Below, piece after piece: positions 47,666 through 57,220 of a stretch of DNA of 64,000 nt. Within the stretch, counting starts at the first letter, position 1; every line of letters begins with the position of its first letter. The translations under genes and the position numbers were made by a program. This DNA comes from Bacteroidaceae bacterium (GTDB taxonomy: Bacteria > Bacteroidota > Bacteroidia > Bacteroidales > Bacteroidaceae), in contig JAFYYH010000021.1 of the NCBI GenBank assembly GCA_017557635.1, forward strand, positions 110,363 through 174,362. The letters run 5' to 3'. Below the pieces are notes generated by a model. It was given only the letters and a program-made list of their open reading frames with translations. It ran no database searches and was not told where the DNA came from.

Positions 47666-49561
47666 TTACGGGCAGACGGGACGGACAGAAAGACCAGCCA
47701 TTCGATCCTCCCAACCAATATTAGCTTGATTATTATTAAAACGGATACAGGCTGCAGTACCACATGTTACACTACCATCTCCATAAGGATCTGTCATAAG
47801 CGAACGCGACCAATAGTTACCATTTCTTCCATATTCGTAAAATCCGTTTGCTTTGTATCCGGATGCAGGAAGGAATATGGAACGGTTTGTATAACCCTGT
47901 TTCTTACTTGTAACCCGATATCCGTTTACACCGTTGATAGTTGTCCACTCCCAAGTGCAGTTGTCATGCAACTCATCCATTTCTTCTCTAGTGGGCATAC
48001 GCCAGTTGCCTCCCCAAGTTACATGAGCGACATCATCTTCAAGGTCAAGTGTGGTCTTGTTGTCAACTGTGCCTTGTTCACTGTTTATATTATATTTTTT
48101 CAATGAAAAGGGCATAAATCCCCACTTGCTTGTCCTCATAGTGTATTGTTCTTTGACCTCCGTTTCTCCCCAAGCATACAGATTACCATTATCCTCTGGC
48201 TTACTGGCACCCACATTGCAGGTGGCCCATTTCACAGACAAGCCAAGGTCAACATATTCATGGGTGGTTTTGTCATTATCAGATAACACAGACTGTTTTG
48301 TTTCACTGTCCCAGTTAGAAGCACTATTGGTTACATATACAATAACGCCATTTTCTGCCTCCGGGCCGTACAAGTCAACAGCAGCTTTATCTCTGACTAA
48401 CGTTTGGGATTTAATATCAGAATAAGAGAGTTTTTCAATTGTTGCCTTGTCAACTCTTTTTCCGTCCAGGAAGTAAAGATACTCTTTTCCGTCAGTTCTG
48501 GTTGGCGCCCCCCCAAAAGGAGAAGGTACTTCTCCCATTGGGGTTGTAAAGATATTTACCCCCTTTATAGAATCAGGTTGAACCGCAGTTTCTGGTTCCG
48601 CAGAAACCTTGTCAAACGCAACATTTGCGCTCATTGTAAGCGAAACACACATGACAACCGGTAAATAAAGGAACCTGAGCATCTGACGGCGACCGGACCT
48701 TTTACGGTTCATCATGTCAATGCGGCTCTCTACGCCGTTGCCGTTGAAACTTGCCACTATATTGAATGCCAAGCCGCCTTGTGACTGGCTGAGCAGCATA
48801 AACTGGTACGGACGGGCATCGGACAGGGAGTTGAGGACATCGGCATCGGCCTGCTGCTCATGTACAAGGCACAGGTCACGACGCAGCACCCAGACGGCAG
48901 GGTTGAACCACTGGAACAGCGACATGAAATCAAGCAGCATGAGTTCCATCGGATGGCGGTGTGCTATGTGAGCTTTCTCATGCCTTAAGATGTTGCTGTC
49001 TATGCCGGCATAGTCCTTTTGACTCACCACTATGGTTCCAAGCCAGCTGAACGGGCTTACGTTCTTACGGGTCACAACAATCCTATAGCCGTCACCGCGC
49101 TCTACGGTCTCTCCACCCCTTACTATGGCCGATACCTTCAGGATGGAGTGTACCCTTAGCAGGAGCATCACAATGAGACCTGCCAGATATGCAGCCAGCA
49201 GAATCTGAATCACGACAGCTGTTTTGTCCTTGAGTACTGCAGGTGCCTGGACTCCTGCGCTCTCTGTGGCCGATACCAACGGTGCGGGAGCACTTGTTTG
49301 TGCAACAGGAGAGAATGGCTGGAGTTGATTTACAGGAGTAGCCGCGGGCTGAGTGGATTCGGCGGTCTGGACCACCGGGATATTGCGATGTATTGTAATT
49401 ACAGTTACAGGCAGAACATAAGAGAGTACAAGCGAAAGCATCAGGGCTGCGCGCTTAAGGCCGTGGAATGTTTCGCGGCGCAACAAAAGGCGGTACATAA
49501 GTACGAAAACAAAGGTCAGTAAGGCCGCCTTTCCAAGGAATAAAAGGACTTGAGTATTCAT
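47666..49561 (-). CDS. BlaR1/MecR1-like M56 peptidase signal transducer fused to a C-terminal EYVDLGLSVKW...RPVC domain
   Basis: 631 aa. N-terminal TM helices and the ILRHEKAHIAHRHP (HExxH) motif of family M56. A further TM segment (LRFLYLPVVMCVSLTM). C-terminal 198 aa (nt 47666-48261) HEYVDLGLSVKWATCNVGA...WGGNWRMPTREEMDEL...IFLP...SVRPVCP. 4-nt overlap with blaI. Confidence 0.8.
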   Translation of the reverse strand: MNTQVLLFLGKAALLTFVFVLMYRLLLRRETFHGLKRAALMLSLVLSYVLPVTVITIHRNIPVVQTAESTQPAATPVNQLQPFSPVAQTSAPAPLVSATESAGVQAPAVLKDKTAVVIQILLAAYLAGLIVMLLLRVHSILKVSAIVRGGETVERGDGYRIVVTRKNVSPFSWLGTIVVSQKDYAGIDSNILRHEKAHIAHRHPMELMLLDFMSLFQWFNPAVWVLRRDLCLVHEQQADADVLNSLSDARPYQFMLLSQSQGGLAFNIVASFNGNGVESRIDMMNRKRSGRRQMLRFLYLPVVMCVSLTMSANVAFDKVSAEPETAVQPDSIKGVNIFTTPMGEVPSPFGGAPTRTDGKEYLYFLDGKRVDKATIEKLSYSDIKSQTLVRDKAAVDLYGPEAENGVIVYVTNSASNWDSETKQSVLSDNDKTTHEYVDLGLSVKWATCNVGASKPEDNGNLYAWGETEVKEQYTMRTSKWGFMPFSLKKYNINSEQGTVDNKTTLDLEDDVAHVTWGGNWRMPTREEMDELHDNCTWEWTTINGVNGYRVTSKKQGYTNRSIFLPASGYKANGFYEYGRNGNYWSRSLMTDPYGDGSVTCGTAACIRFNNNQANIGWEDRMAGLSVRPVCP

Positions 49562-49917
49562 TTGCGGTTTTCAATTTTGTCAATAATACGTTTAAGATCG
49601 TCAACGGACAGACGCTCCTCCTCAACCAGTCCAAGGACTACGCTTGAGTATGAGCTGTCAAAGTATTCGTTTACCAGCCCGTGGAAACCGTCCAGACTGT
49701 ATGCCTTGCGTGACACGGCAGCTGAGTACTGGTAGTTGCTTCCAAAGGCTTTGCGCTCCAGGAACCCGTCCTCCATAAGTGTGTGCACCTGATTGGAGAG
49801 AGTGTTGAAATTGGGACGGGGTTCCTCATAATGCTCCTGCAGTTCACGTACAAACATAGGACCATAGGTCCAGAACTGCTCCATGATGATTTTTTCCTTT
49901 TTGGTGAGTTGTCTCAT
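49558..49917 (-). CDS. BlaI/MecI/CopY-family transcriptional repressor
   Basis: 119 aa from MRQLTKKEKIIMEQFW..., a winged-helix N-terminus typical of the family, translationally coupled to the M56 gene. The ORF-track start 49971 would place the operator palindromes inside the coding sequence. Confidence 0.8.
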   Translation of the reverse strand: MRQLTKKEKIIMEQFWTYGPMFVRELQEHYEEPRPNFNTLSNQVHTLMEDGFLERKAFGSNYQYSAAVSRKAYSLDGFHGLVNEYFDSSYSSVVLGLVEEERLSVDDLKRIIDKIENRK

Positions 49918-49930
49918 AAGCAAACACAAA

Positions 49931-49962
49931 TTGATTTTGACGCAAATCAAAATAATTTTGAT
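49931..49962 (-). promoter_or_regulatory. overlapping palindromes, candidate BlaI operator
   Basis: The minus strand reads ATCAAAA-TTA-TTTTGAT-TTGCGTC-AAAATCAA. This includes the 7-1-7 palindrome TCAAAAT-T-ATTTTGA and the 7-6-7 palindrome TTGATTT/AAATCAA. They sit 14-45 nt upstream of the blaI ATG and abut a near-consensus -7 box TCAATTTG. Confidence 0.4.
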
Positions 49963-49995
49963 ACACCTCACAAATCTTTTGTGTTAATAATTGTT

Positions 49996-50146
49996 ATCCC
50001 GCCAAAGTGTCCCACAGCAAACCCCGCTCATAGGCTTTGTGGCGAGGATGAGCGTGGGACATACCCTCTGGATGGGGGTGTGTAACACAGTCACCGGGGC
50101 GAGAATACGCTCTGGCGGGGGTTATTGTGGGACACTTTGGCGGGAT
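49996..50146. repeat. 151-nt GC-rich element bounded by perfect 21-bp inverted repeats (MITE/REP-like or structured RNA)
   Basis: ATCCCGCCAAAGTGTCCCACA (49996-50016) is the exact reverse complement of TGTGGGACACTTTGGCGGGAT (50126-50146). The interior carries further imperfect pairing (AACCCCGC/GCGGGGGTT), an internal 10-bp hairpin ACATACCCTC/GGGGGTGTGT and a third GTGGGACA copy. Confidence 0.85.
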
Positions 50147-50165
50147 TAGCGGGGTCGGGCTGGGT

Positions 50166-52550
50166 TTACTCGCTCTTGATTACATCAGCGGGATTCTCTG
50201 TCATTGCCCGGCGTATGTTGCCAAAAACGGTAACAGCGATGATAATGAGCATGCAAACAAATACGGAGAGATATACCCAGATTGTTATTGGTGTCTGGCG
50301 GACGTAGACGGAGAGCCAGCGGTGCATAATGGTTGCTCCTACCGAGAAGGCTGCAATGGCACTCAAAATAATGATGGGCATATATTCTTTCACGAATATC
50401 ATAAGGATGTCATTCATCCTGGCGCCGTTTATCTTACGGATGGCAATCTCCTTGCGGCGTTTCTGACACAACAGTGATACTATGCTGTAAAGACCGCTTA
50501 CGGCTACGATTACGCAAACCAGGGTTATGATCATCAGCAACAAACTTAACATCGACTCGGACTTAATGAATTGCATATAATTCATTTCCAGATTATTGCT
50601 GTTATACATTGCATCCGGTCTTATCTCACGCATTGTCTCCACTATTTTCCTCTCCAATTCATACCAGTTGACACCCTCCTTGTATTTGAAAAAGAAATAG
50701 GAATCTGCATTCATTCCGGTTACATTGTCCTCCTTCTTGTATTGATACACCAATGGAGAAATCTCCTCTTTGGGATCCAGATAACACAAATCCTTTATAA
50801 CGCCCTTGACAAGGTACGGAGTGCCTAGACTGGCTATCTCTTTACCTACAACCTTATCGGCCCCTCCCAGCAAATTGGCAAGAGTCTCATTTATCACAAT
50901 AACGTTGCCCTGTTCTTCCTGGCTGAACAGTTCACCGGCCACAGGTTTCACTTCTATAATGTCAAGGTAATCCCTGTTGGCTTTTATCATGACGGTTTTT
51001 ATTTTGACAGGCTCACCACCCACGCTATCACCTTCGACCGATGAATATGAGGAGTAGGTTCCTGCGGGACGATATCCATAGACAACCTTTTCCAGCTCAG
51101 GCATCATCTTGAGTTTTTCCCTTGCTGCCATGACATCGGTCTCTGTCATTCCATACTGATAGCAGACACCGACATTGTGTTTGGTATATCCCATGTCCGA
51201 TGACAACAGCAGATGATGTAACTGTCGGTTTATGATTACAGAGCAGAAAATGGCACAGAGACTTACTGTCAACTGGAAACCTATGCTTATCTTGTATCCG
51301 ATTGCAGTTCCTGTAATACTTACACTGCTGCCGAAATACTGTGCCAACTGTTTACGCCCGGTCACGGCAATGAATACCATCGCAACCAATAATGACAACA
51401 ACCCTATGATTGCACCCGATACAAAATAGCTCGTTATAAAGAACGTAACGGACTTGTCCATCACACTCAGGACTTTAAAGAACGGCAAGACAAACATGAA
51501 TATGACGACACCTGCCAAAAGAGAGAGCAAAAGAACAATCAGTATTTCAGTACAGAACAGCATCACAATCTGCTTCATGCCGGCTCCGTTGGCATAGCGC
51601 AGTGATATTTCCCTGACCCTCATTCTGATTTTGGTCACAAACAGGGTAAAGTAGTTGGTCAGTGAACATACTATCAGCACAATGCCCAACAACATCAGGA
51701 TGTATACATATTGTAAGTTTACATTCTTTTCAACTGCATTGTAAATTTCTGCTTCCGCCCTGACTTTAGATAAGGGCAGAAGTTTGAACTTCATTTCAAA
51801 TGTTTGTTGCCATGTTACTTCATAACCGCTGGATAATGTCATTGAGCCATTATAGATAACTGTATCAGTCTCTATTTCCCGAGCTAACATATCCAGGTTT
51901 TCATCACTTACTCTGACAAACAGATTTGTAGATATATAACCTCTGGTATCATATTTCTCCAAATCATATCCCATCAGAAAATCATAAGGAAAAGAAGTCG
52001 GTCTTTTAGGATCCTCTATTACGGATTTGACTGTAACAACGCCCATGTTTGTATACAATGTCTGACCTGCTGCGTTGCCGTTTTCAAACAACTTGTCGGC
52101 CTGACTCTTTGTCAATGCAATCTCATCCTTTGAAAGATTCAGTATATTATCGCCTTCCAGCACCTTGACTTCAAAGAAATCCTGATAAGTATCATCTACG
52201 CACTGTCCGTTCAGTTGTACAGCGTTTCCTTCACGGAAAACATTGAGATCTTGCCCCATACATCTTGCAACCCCCTCTATCTGCGGGTATTTCTCTACCA
52301 AAAAAGTTCCGTCACTATATGATACATAGCTCCTGTAACTCTTTTCGACATAGGTAGGATCATTGCTCAATACAAGGTAAATGTCGTCGCAGTTACTGTA
52401 GAATGAATCGTAACTCCGTTCATACCGTATCCACATAAGTGTAAGTGAACAGAAAACCATTCCCAAAGCGATTGACAAAACTGCTATAATGCTCTGGAGC
52501 TTATACTTGGCAATATTACGGACTGCAATTTTTAGATAATGACTGAACAT
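50166..52550 (-). CDS. FtsX/MacB-type ABC transporter permease (two FtsX domains)
   Basis: 794 aa. N-terminus MFSHYLKIAVRNIAKYKLQSIIAVLSIALG is typical of Bacteroidota FtsX-like permeases, with two TM clusters separated by large extracytoplasmic domains. There is no adjacent ATPase gene. Confidence 0.8.
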   Translation of the reverse strand: MFSHYLKIAVRNIAKYKLQSIIAVLSIALGMVFCSLTLMWIRYERSYDSFYSNCDDIYLVLSNDPTYVEKSYRSYVSYSDGTFLVEKYPQIEGVARCMGQDLNVFREGNAVQLNGQCVDDTYQDFFEVKVLEGDNILNLSKDEIALTKSQADKLFENGNAAGQTLYTNMGVVTVKSVIEDPKRPTSFPYDFLMGYDLEKYDTRGYISTNLFVRVSDENLDMLAREIETDTVIYNGSMTLSSGYEVTWQQTFEMKFKLLPLSKVRAEAEIYNAVEKNVNLQYVYILMLLGIVLIVCSLTNYFTLFVTKIRMRVREISLRYANGAGMKQIVMLFCTEILIVLLLSLLAGVVIFMFVLPFFKVLSVMDKSVTFFITSYFVSGAIIGLLSLLVAMVFIAVTGRKQLAQYFGSSVSITGTAIGYKISIGFQLTVSLCAIFCSVIINRQLHHLLLSSDMGYTKHNVGVCYQYGMTETDVMAAREKLKMMPELEKVVYGYRPAGTYSSYSSVEGDSVGGEPVKIKTVMIKANRDYLDIIEVKPVAGELFSQEEQGNVIVINETLANLLGGADKVVGKEIASLGTPYLVKGVIKDLCYLDPKEEISPLVYQYKKEDNVTGMNADSYFFFKYKEGVNWYELERKIVETMREIRPDAMYNSNNLEMNYMQFIKSESMLSLLLMIITLVCVIVAVSGLYSIVSLLCQKRRKEIAIRKINGARMNDILMIFVKEYMPIIILSAIAAFSVGATIMHRWLSVYVRQTPITIWVYLSVFVCMLIIIAVTVFGNIRRAMTENPADVIKSE

Positions 52551-52582
52551 AAGGACTTTTCTGAATTACCGGGACAAAAGTA

Positions 52583-52601
52583 AGGGCGGTAATTCCGCCC
52601 T
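52583..52601 (-). terminator. intrinsic terminator after the threonine aldolase-like gene
   Basis: The minus strand reads AGGGCGG-AATTA-CCGCCCT followed by TACTTTTG, 79 nt after the stop at 52680. Confidence 0.6.
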
Positions 52602-52679
52602 CCAAGTAAAAAGAACAAAAACCTCCTTTTTGCTCCAAAAGTGTCCAATTATTAGACACCTGACTCAACAGAAGAGTTG

Positions 52680-53702
52680 TCAGAGTTTGCTGATGAATTC
52701 GTCGATCATCTGGTCCGATGTGTTCCAGCTGGTTACAAAGCGGACTACGCTCTGCTGGGGTCCGCAGGGAGCCCAGATCTCAAATGATGCGAACTTGCTG
52801 ATACGCTCAATTTCCTTCTTGGGAAGGCAGAAGAACTGCTGGTTGGTAGGTGAGTCAACGTACGGTGAGAAACCTTTGGCAATCATAGCCTTCTTGAGTC
52901 TCAAGGCCTGGGCTACAGCATTGCCGGCAATTTCAAGATAGAGATTGTCCGTGAACAATGTGCTGAACTGTACGCCCAGCAGACGACCCTTGGCCAGCAT
53001 TGCTCCGTGCTGCTTCACGAATGTAAAGAAACGGGGCAACAGTTCTGGATGTGCCGTAACCACAGCCTCACCGAACATTGCACCAACCTTAGTTCCGCCG
53101 ATGTAGAAGACATCGCATAGGCGTGCTATATCCTTAAGCGTTACATCCTTGGATGCAGCCAAGCCATAGCCCAGACGGGCACCATCCATATAAAGAGGAA
53201 TATTGTACTTATGGCACACACGGCTCAAGGCCTCCAACTCACCAAGTGAGTAAAGCGTACCCCACTCTGTCGGGAATGAAAGATAAAGAGCTCCCGGTGA
53301 AACCATATGCTGATGGTTCTCATTCTCATAGAACTCGGTCAAATATCGCTCAATATCATATGCTGCAACCTTGCCCTGATGTGAGGGTACAATCAGAATC
53401 TTATGGCCCGATGACTCAACGGCACCTGCCTCAAGGTTATTGATATGGGCCACATCCGATGCCATGATACCTTCATACTGATGGAGCAGACCATCAATGA
53501 CAGTAGCGTTAGCCTGAGTACCGCCCACAAGGAAACGCACCAGAGCGTCGGGACAGCCACACGCCTCGCGTATCAGATCAGCGGCGCGGCGGGTATACTC
53601 ATCCTCACCGTAACCTACGGTCTGTTCAAGATTGGTCTCAACCAGACGCTGCATCACCAGCGGATGCGCGCCCTCCATATAATCGGAATCAAAATGCAGC
53701 AT
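52680..53702 (-). CDS. ltaE: low-specificity threonine aldolase / beta-eliminating lyase family PLP enzyme
   Basis: 340 aa from [14 protein letters not shown]... with the [12 protein letters not shown]-lysine motif. ATG 53702 was chosen because the -7 box at 53725-53732 lies inside the longer ORF. Confidence 0.75.
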   Translation of the reverse strand: MLHFDSDYMEGAHPLVMQRLVETNLEQTVGYGEDEYTRRAADLIREACGCPDALVRFLVGGTQANATVIDGLLHQYEGIMASDVAHINNLEAGAVESSGHKILIVPSHQGKVAAYDIERYLTEFYENENHQHMVSPGALYLSFPTEWGTLYSLGELEALSRVCHKYNIPLYMDGARLGYGLAASKDVTLKDIARLCDVFYIGGTKVGAMFGEAVVTAHPELLPRFFTFVKQHGAMLAKGRLLGVQFSTLFTDNLYLEIAGNAVAQALRLKKAMIAKGFSPYVDSPTNQQFFCLPKKEIERISKFASFEIWAPCGPQQSVVRFVTSWNTSDQMIDEFISKL

Positions 53703-53724
53703 ATCGGAATAACTTTTGTGAATG

Positions 53725-53732
53725 CAAATGTA
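53725..53732 (-). promoter_or_regulatory. Bacteroidota -7 promoter box (TACATTTG) for the aldolase gene
   Basis: The reverse complement of caaatgta lies 22 nt upstream of ATG 53702. Confidence 0.45.
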
Positions 53733-53767
53733 ATAAATATCCAATTGCGTTTGTGCCTGAAATTGTG

Positions 53768-53775
53768 TAATTTTG
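53768..53775 (+). promoter_or_regulatory. Bacteroidota -7 promoter box (TAATTTTG) for leuS
   Basis: TAnnTTTG match 29 nt upstream of ATG 53805. Confidence 0.45.
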
Positions 53776-53804
53776 CGCGTCAAAACGAATCATTCGAAGC
53801 AATA

Positions 53805-56639
53805 ATGGAATACGATTTCAGAGCTATTGAGAAAAAGTGGCAGGAAAAGTGGGCCAAGGAGGGAACTTATAAGGTAACTGAGGATGCCTCCAGACCCAAG
53901 TATTACGTACTCAACATGTTCCCCTACCCGTCAGGCGCAGGCCTGCACGTAGGACACCCGCTGGGATACATTGCATCCGATATCTACGCACGCTACAAGC
54001 GCCAGTGCGGATTCAACGTCCTGAACCCCATGGGTTACGATGCATACGGCCTGCCCGCCGAGCAGTACGCCATACAGACCGGCCAGCACCCCGCAATTAC
54101 GACTGAAAAGAACATAAACCGCTACCGCGAGCAGCTGGACAAAATAGGATTCTCATTTGATTGGGACCGTGAGGTCAGGACATGTGAGCCCGGCTACTAC
54201 CACTGGACCCAGTGGGCATTCCAGAAGATGTTCGGCTCATTCTACTGCAACAAGTGCCAGAGCGCCCAGCCCATTGAGAAACTCATTGAGCGTTTTGAGC
54301 AGAAGGGAACCGAGGGTCTTGACGTAGCCCAGAGCGAGGAACTCAACTTTACTGCAGCCGAGTGGAAGGCCATGGACGAGAAGCAGAAGTCAGACGTTCT
54401 GATGAACTACCGCATAGCCTACCTGGGCGAGACCATGGTAAACTGGTGCGCCGGACTGGGTACCGTGCTTGCCAACGACGAGGTAGTTGAGGGCGTATCG
54501 GTCCGCGGCGGATTCCCCGTAGAGCAGAAGAAGATGCGTCAGTGGTGTCTCCGTGTATCAGCCTACGCACAGCGCCTGCTTGACGGTCTGGATACCATAG
54601 ACTGGTCCGATTCCATCAAGGAGACCCAGCGCAACTGGATTGGCCGCTCCGAGGGTACCGAGATGCAGTTCCACGTAAAGGACAGCGACATAGAATTCAC
54701 CATATTCACCACCCGTGCCGATACCATATTCGGTGTAACATTCATGGTACTTGCTCCTGAGAGCGAGCTGGTGACACAGCTCACCACACCCGCCCAGAAG
54801 AAGGAGGTTGATGCATACGTAGCAGCCGTAAAGAAGCGTACCGAGCGCGAGCGTATAGCAGACCGCCGCGTTACCGGCGTATTCAGCGGCTCATACGCAA
54901 TCAACCCGCTTACCGGTGAGGATGTACCCGTATGGATCAGTGACTACGTACTGGCCGGTTACGGTACAGGCGCCATCATGGCCGTACCTGCACATGACAG
55001 CCGTGACTACGCATTCGCAAAGCACTTTGGCCTTGAGATCCGTCCGCTCATTGAGGGTTGCGACGTATCTGAGGAGAGCTTCGATGCCAAGGAGGGTACA
55101 ATGATGAACTCACCCCGTCCCGACCAGATCCGTGAGGGCGGTCTCAACCTGAACGGACTCTCAGTCAAGGAGGCTATCGCAGCCACCAAGAAATATGTAC
55201 AGGAGAACAAACTGGGTAAGGTAAAGGTCAACTACCGTCTGCGTGACGCCATATTCAGCCGTCAGCGCTACTGGGGTGAGCCGTTCCCTGTTTACTACAA
55301 GAACGGTATTCCTACCATGGTACCCGAGCAGTGCCTGCCGCTGGAACTCCCCGAGATCAGTGAGTACAAGCCCACCGAGACCGGTGAACCCCCTCTGGGT
55401 CATGCCAAGGTTTGGGCCTTTGACGAGAAGAACAACAAGGTTGTTGACAAGTCACTCATCGACAACAAGACCGTATTCCCGCTGGAGCTCAACACCATGC
55501 CCGGATTCGCAGGCTCATCGGCCTACTATCTGCGTTACATGGATCCCCATAACAATAAGGCTCTGGTAAGCAAGGAGGCCGATAACTACTGGAAGTGCGT
55601 TGACCTCTATCTGGGAGGTTCCGAGCACGCCACCGGTCACCTTATCTACTCACGTTTCTGGAACAAGTTCCTCAAGGACCTGGGAGTAAGCGAGGTCGAG
55701 GAGCCGTTCAGCAAGCTGATCAACCAGGGTATGATCCAGGGCCGCAGTAACTTTGTATACCGTATCAAGGATACAAACAAGTTCGTATCATACGGCCTCA
55801 AGGACCAGTATGACACCACTCCCATACACGTTGACGTAAACATTGTAAGTGCCGATGTTCTGGACGTAGAGGCATTCAAGAACTGGCGTCCCGAGTACAA
55901 CAACGCTGAATTCATCCTTGAGAACGGCAAGTACATCTGCGGATGGGCCGTTGAGAAGATGAGTAAGTCAATGTTCAACGTAGTCAACCCCGATGACATC
56001 ATTGAGAAATACGGTGCCGATACACTGCGCATGTACGAGATGTTTCTTGGACCGCTTGAGCAGTCAAAGCCCTGGGATACCAACGGTATTGACGGCTGCC
56101 ACCGCTTTATCCGCAAGATGTGGGCTCTCTACTTTGACCGCGACGGCAAGCTTGCAGTAAGTGATGAGCAGGCTTCAAAGGACGAACTCAAGTCAATCCA
56201 CAAGCTCATAAAGAAGGTAACTGAGGATATTGAGAACTTCTCATTCAACACATCGGTTGCCGCATTCATGATATGCGTAAACGAGCTGTCAGGTCTTAAG
56301 TGCAACAAGCGTTCGGTACTGGCTGACCTGGCCAAGGTGATCGCTCCCTTTGCACCTCACACCGCTGAGGAACTCTGGTCATCACTCGGCAATGCCGGTT
56401 CAGTATGTGACGCTGAATGGCCCAAGTTCAACGAGGAGTACCTCAAGGAGGACAGCATAACCTACTCCATCTCATTCAACGGCAGGACCCGCTTCACAAT
56501 GGACTTCCCGGCCGATGCAACCCAGCAGGAGATTCAGGATGCAGTCCTTGCCAATGAGAAGGCTCAGAGCTACATTGAAGGCAAGCCCATCCGCAAGGTG
56601 ATTGTTGTACCGCGCAAGATCGTGAACATAGTTCTCTAA
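53805..56639 (+). CDS. leuS: leucine--tRNA ligase
   Basis: [16 protein letters not shown]..., HIGH-type motif [15 protein letters not shown] motif. 944 aa. The ORF-track start 53445 is an antisense run-on. Confidence 0.95.
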   Translation: MEYDFRAIEKKWQEKWAKEGTYKVTEDASRPKYYVLNMFPYPSGAGLHVGHPLGYIASDIYARYKRQCGFNVLNPMGYDAYGLPAEQYAIQTGQHPAITTEKNINRYREQLDKIGFSFDWDREVRTCEPGYYHWTQWAFQKMFGSFYCNKCQSAQPIEKLIERFEQKGTEGLDVAQSEELNFTAAEWKAMDEKQKSDVLMNYRIAYLGETMVNWCAGLGTVLANDEVVEGVSVRGGFPVEQKKMRQWCLRVSAYAQRLLDGLDTIDWSDSIKETQRNWIGRSEGTEMQFHVKDSDIEFTIFTTRADTIFGVTFMVLAPESELVTQLTTPAQKKEVDAYVAAVKKRTERERIADRRVTGVFSGSYAINPLTGEDVPVWISDYVLAGYGTGAIMAVPAHDSRDYAFAKHFGLEIRPLIEGCDVSEESFDAKEGTMMNSPRPDQIREGGLNLNGLSVKEAIAATKKYVQENKLGKVKVNYRLRDAIFSRQRYWGEPFPVYYKNGIPTMVPEQCLPLELPEISEYKPTETGEPPLGHAKVWAFDEKNNKVVDKSLIDNKTVFPLELNTMPGFAGSSAYYLRYMDPHNNKALVSKEADNYWKCVDLYLGGSEHATGHLIYSRFWNKFLKDLGVSEVEEPFSKLINQGMIQGRSNFVYRIKDTNKFVSYGLKDQYDTTPIHVDVNIVSADVLDVEAFKNWRPEYNNAEFILENGKYICGWAVEKMSKSMFNVVNPDDIIEKYGADTLRMYEMFLGPLEQSKPWDTNGIDGCHRFIRKMWALYFDRDGKLAVSDEQASKDELKSIHKLIKKVTEDIENFSFNTSVAAFMICVNELSGLKCNKRSVLADLAKVIAPFAPHTAEELWSSLGNAGSVCDAEWPKFNEEYLKEDSITYSISFNGRTRFTMDFPADATQQEIQDAVLANEKAQSYIEGKPIRKVIVVPRKIVNIVL

Positions 56640-56644
56640 TAAAG

Positions 56645-57220
56645 ATGGATTTGGTATTTGCCACAAACAACGCCCACAAGCTGGATGAGGTTCGCCAGAT
56701 TCTTGGCGATGGCTTCAAGGTGCTTTCACTGAATGATATAGATTGCCACGAGGATATCCCCGAGACAGCCGATACATTCCAGGGAAACGCCCTCCAGAAG
56801 GCCCGTTACGTCAAGGAGCATTACGGTTATGACTGTTTTGCCGATGACACCGGACTTGAGGTAAAGGCACTTGACGGAGCACCCGGAGTACACTCTGCAC
56901 GCTACGCAGGTGACCATGACTCGGAGGCCAATATGACCAAACTTCTCCATGAACTTGAAAAAAAATCGGACCGCAGCGCACAATTCCGCACTGTTATTGC
57001 GTTAATACTTAACGGACAGGAAGTTCTGTTTGAGGGAATTGTTACCGGACAGATTGCAACTGAGCGTCATTACGGTGACGGAGGATTCGGTTATGATCCG
57101 ATTTTTGTCCCGGACGGCTATACCGAGACATTCTCTCAGATGAGCGCCCAAGGCAAGAACCTGATTAGCCACAGGGGACGCGCCGTAAGGAAACTGGCAG
57201 ATTATCTGAAAACATTATGA
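56645..57220 (+). CDS. rdgB: non-canonical purine NTP pyrophosphatase (RdgB/HAM1)
   Basis: [19 protein letters not shown] and GFGYDPIF motifs. Confidence 0.9.
   Translation: MDLVFATNNAHKLDEVRQILGDGFKVLSLNDIDCHEDIPETADTFQGNALQKARYVKEHYGYDCFADDTGLEVKALDGAPGVHSARYAGDHDSEANMTKLLHELEKKSDRSAQFRTVIALILNGQEVLFEGIVTGQIATERHYGDGGFGYDPIFVPDGYTETFSQMSAQGKNLISHRGRAVRKLADYLKTL

Noticed and set aside
50125-50477. 60-aa and 116-aa + strand ORFs starting inside the inverted-repeat element
   Set aside because: They are antisense to the FtsX-type permease and start within the GC-rich palindromic element, with no coding features.
53445-53804. 120-codon N-terminal extension of the leuS ORF. Analogous run-on or alternative-start extensions occur at polA 63360-63503, metK 18755-18805, gltS-like 39727-39774, aldolase 53703-53783, blaI 49918-49971, dacB 34144-34167 and radical SAM 34922-34942.
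   Set aside because: The extensions run through promoter boxes, terminators or the opposite-strand gene, and several begin with TTG or GTG. Canonical protein N-termini begin at internal ATGs.
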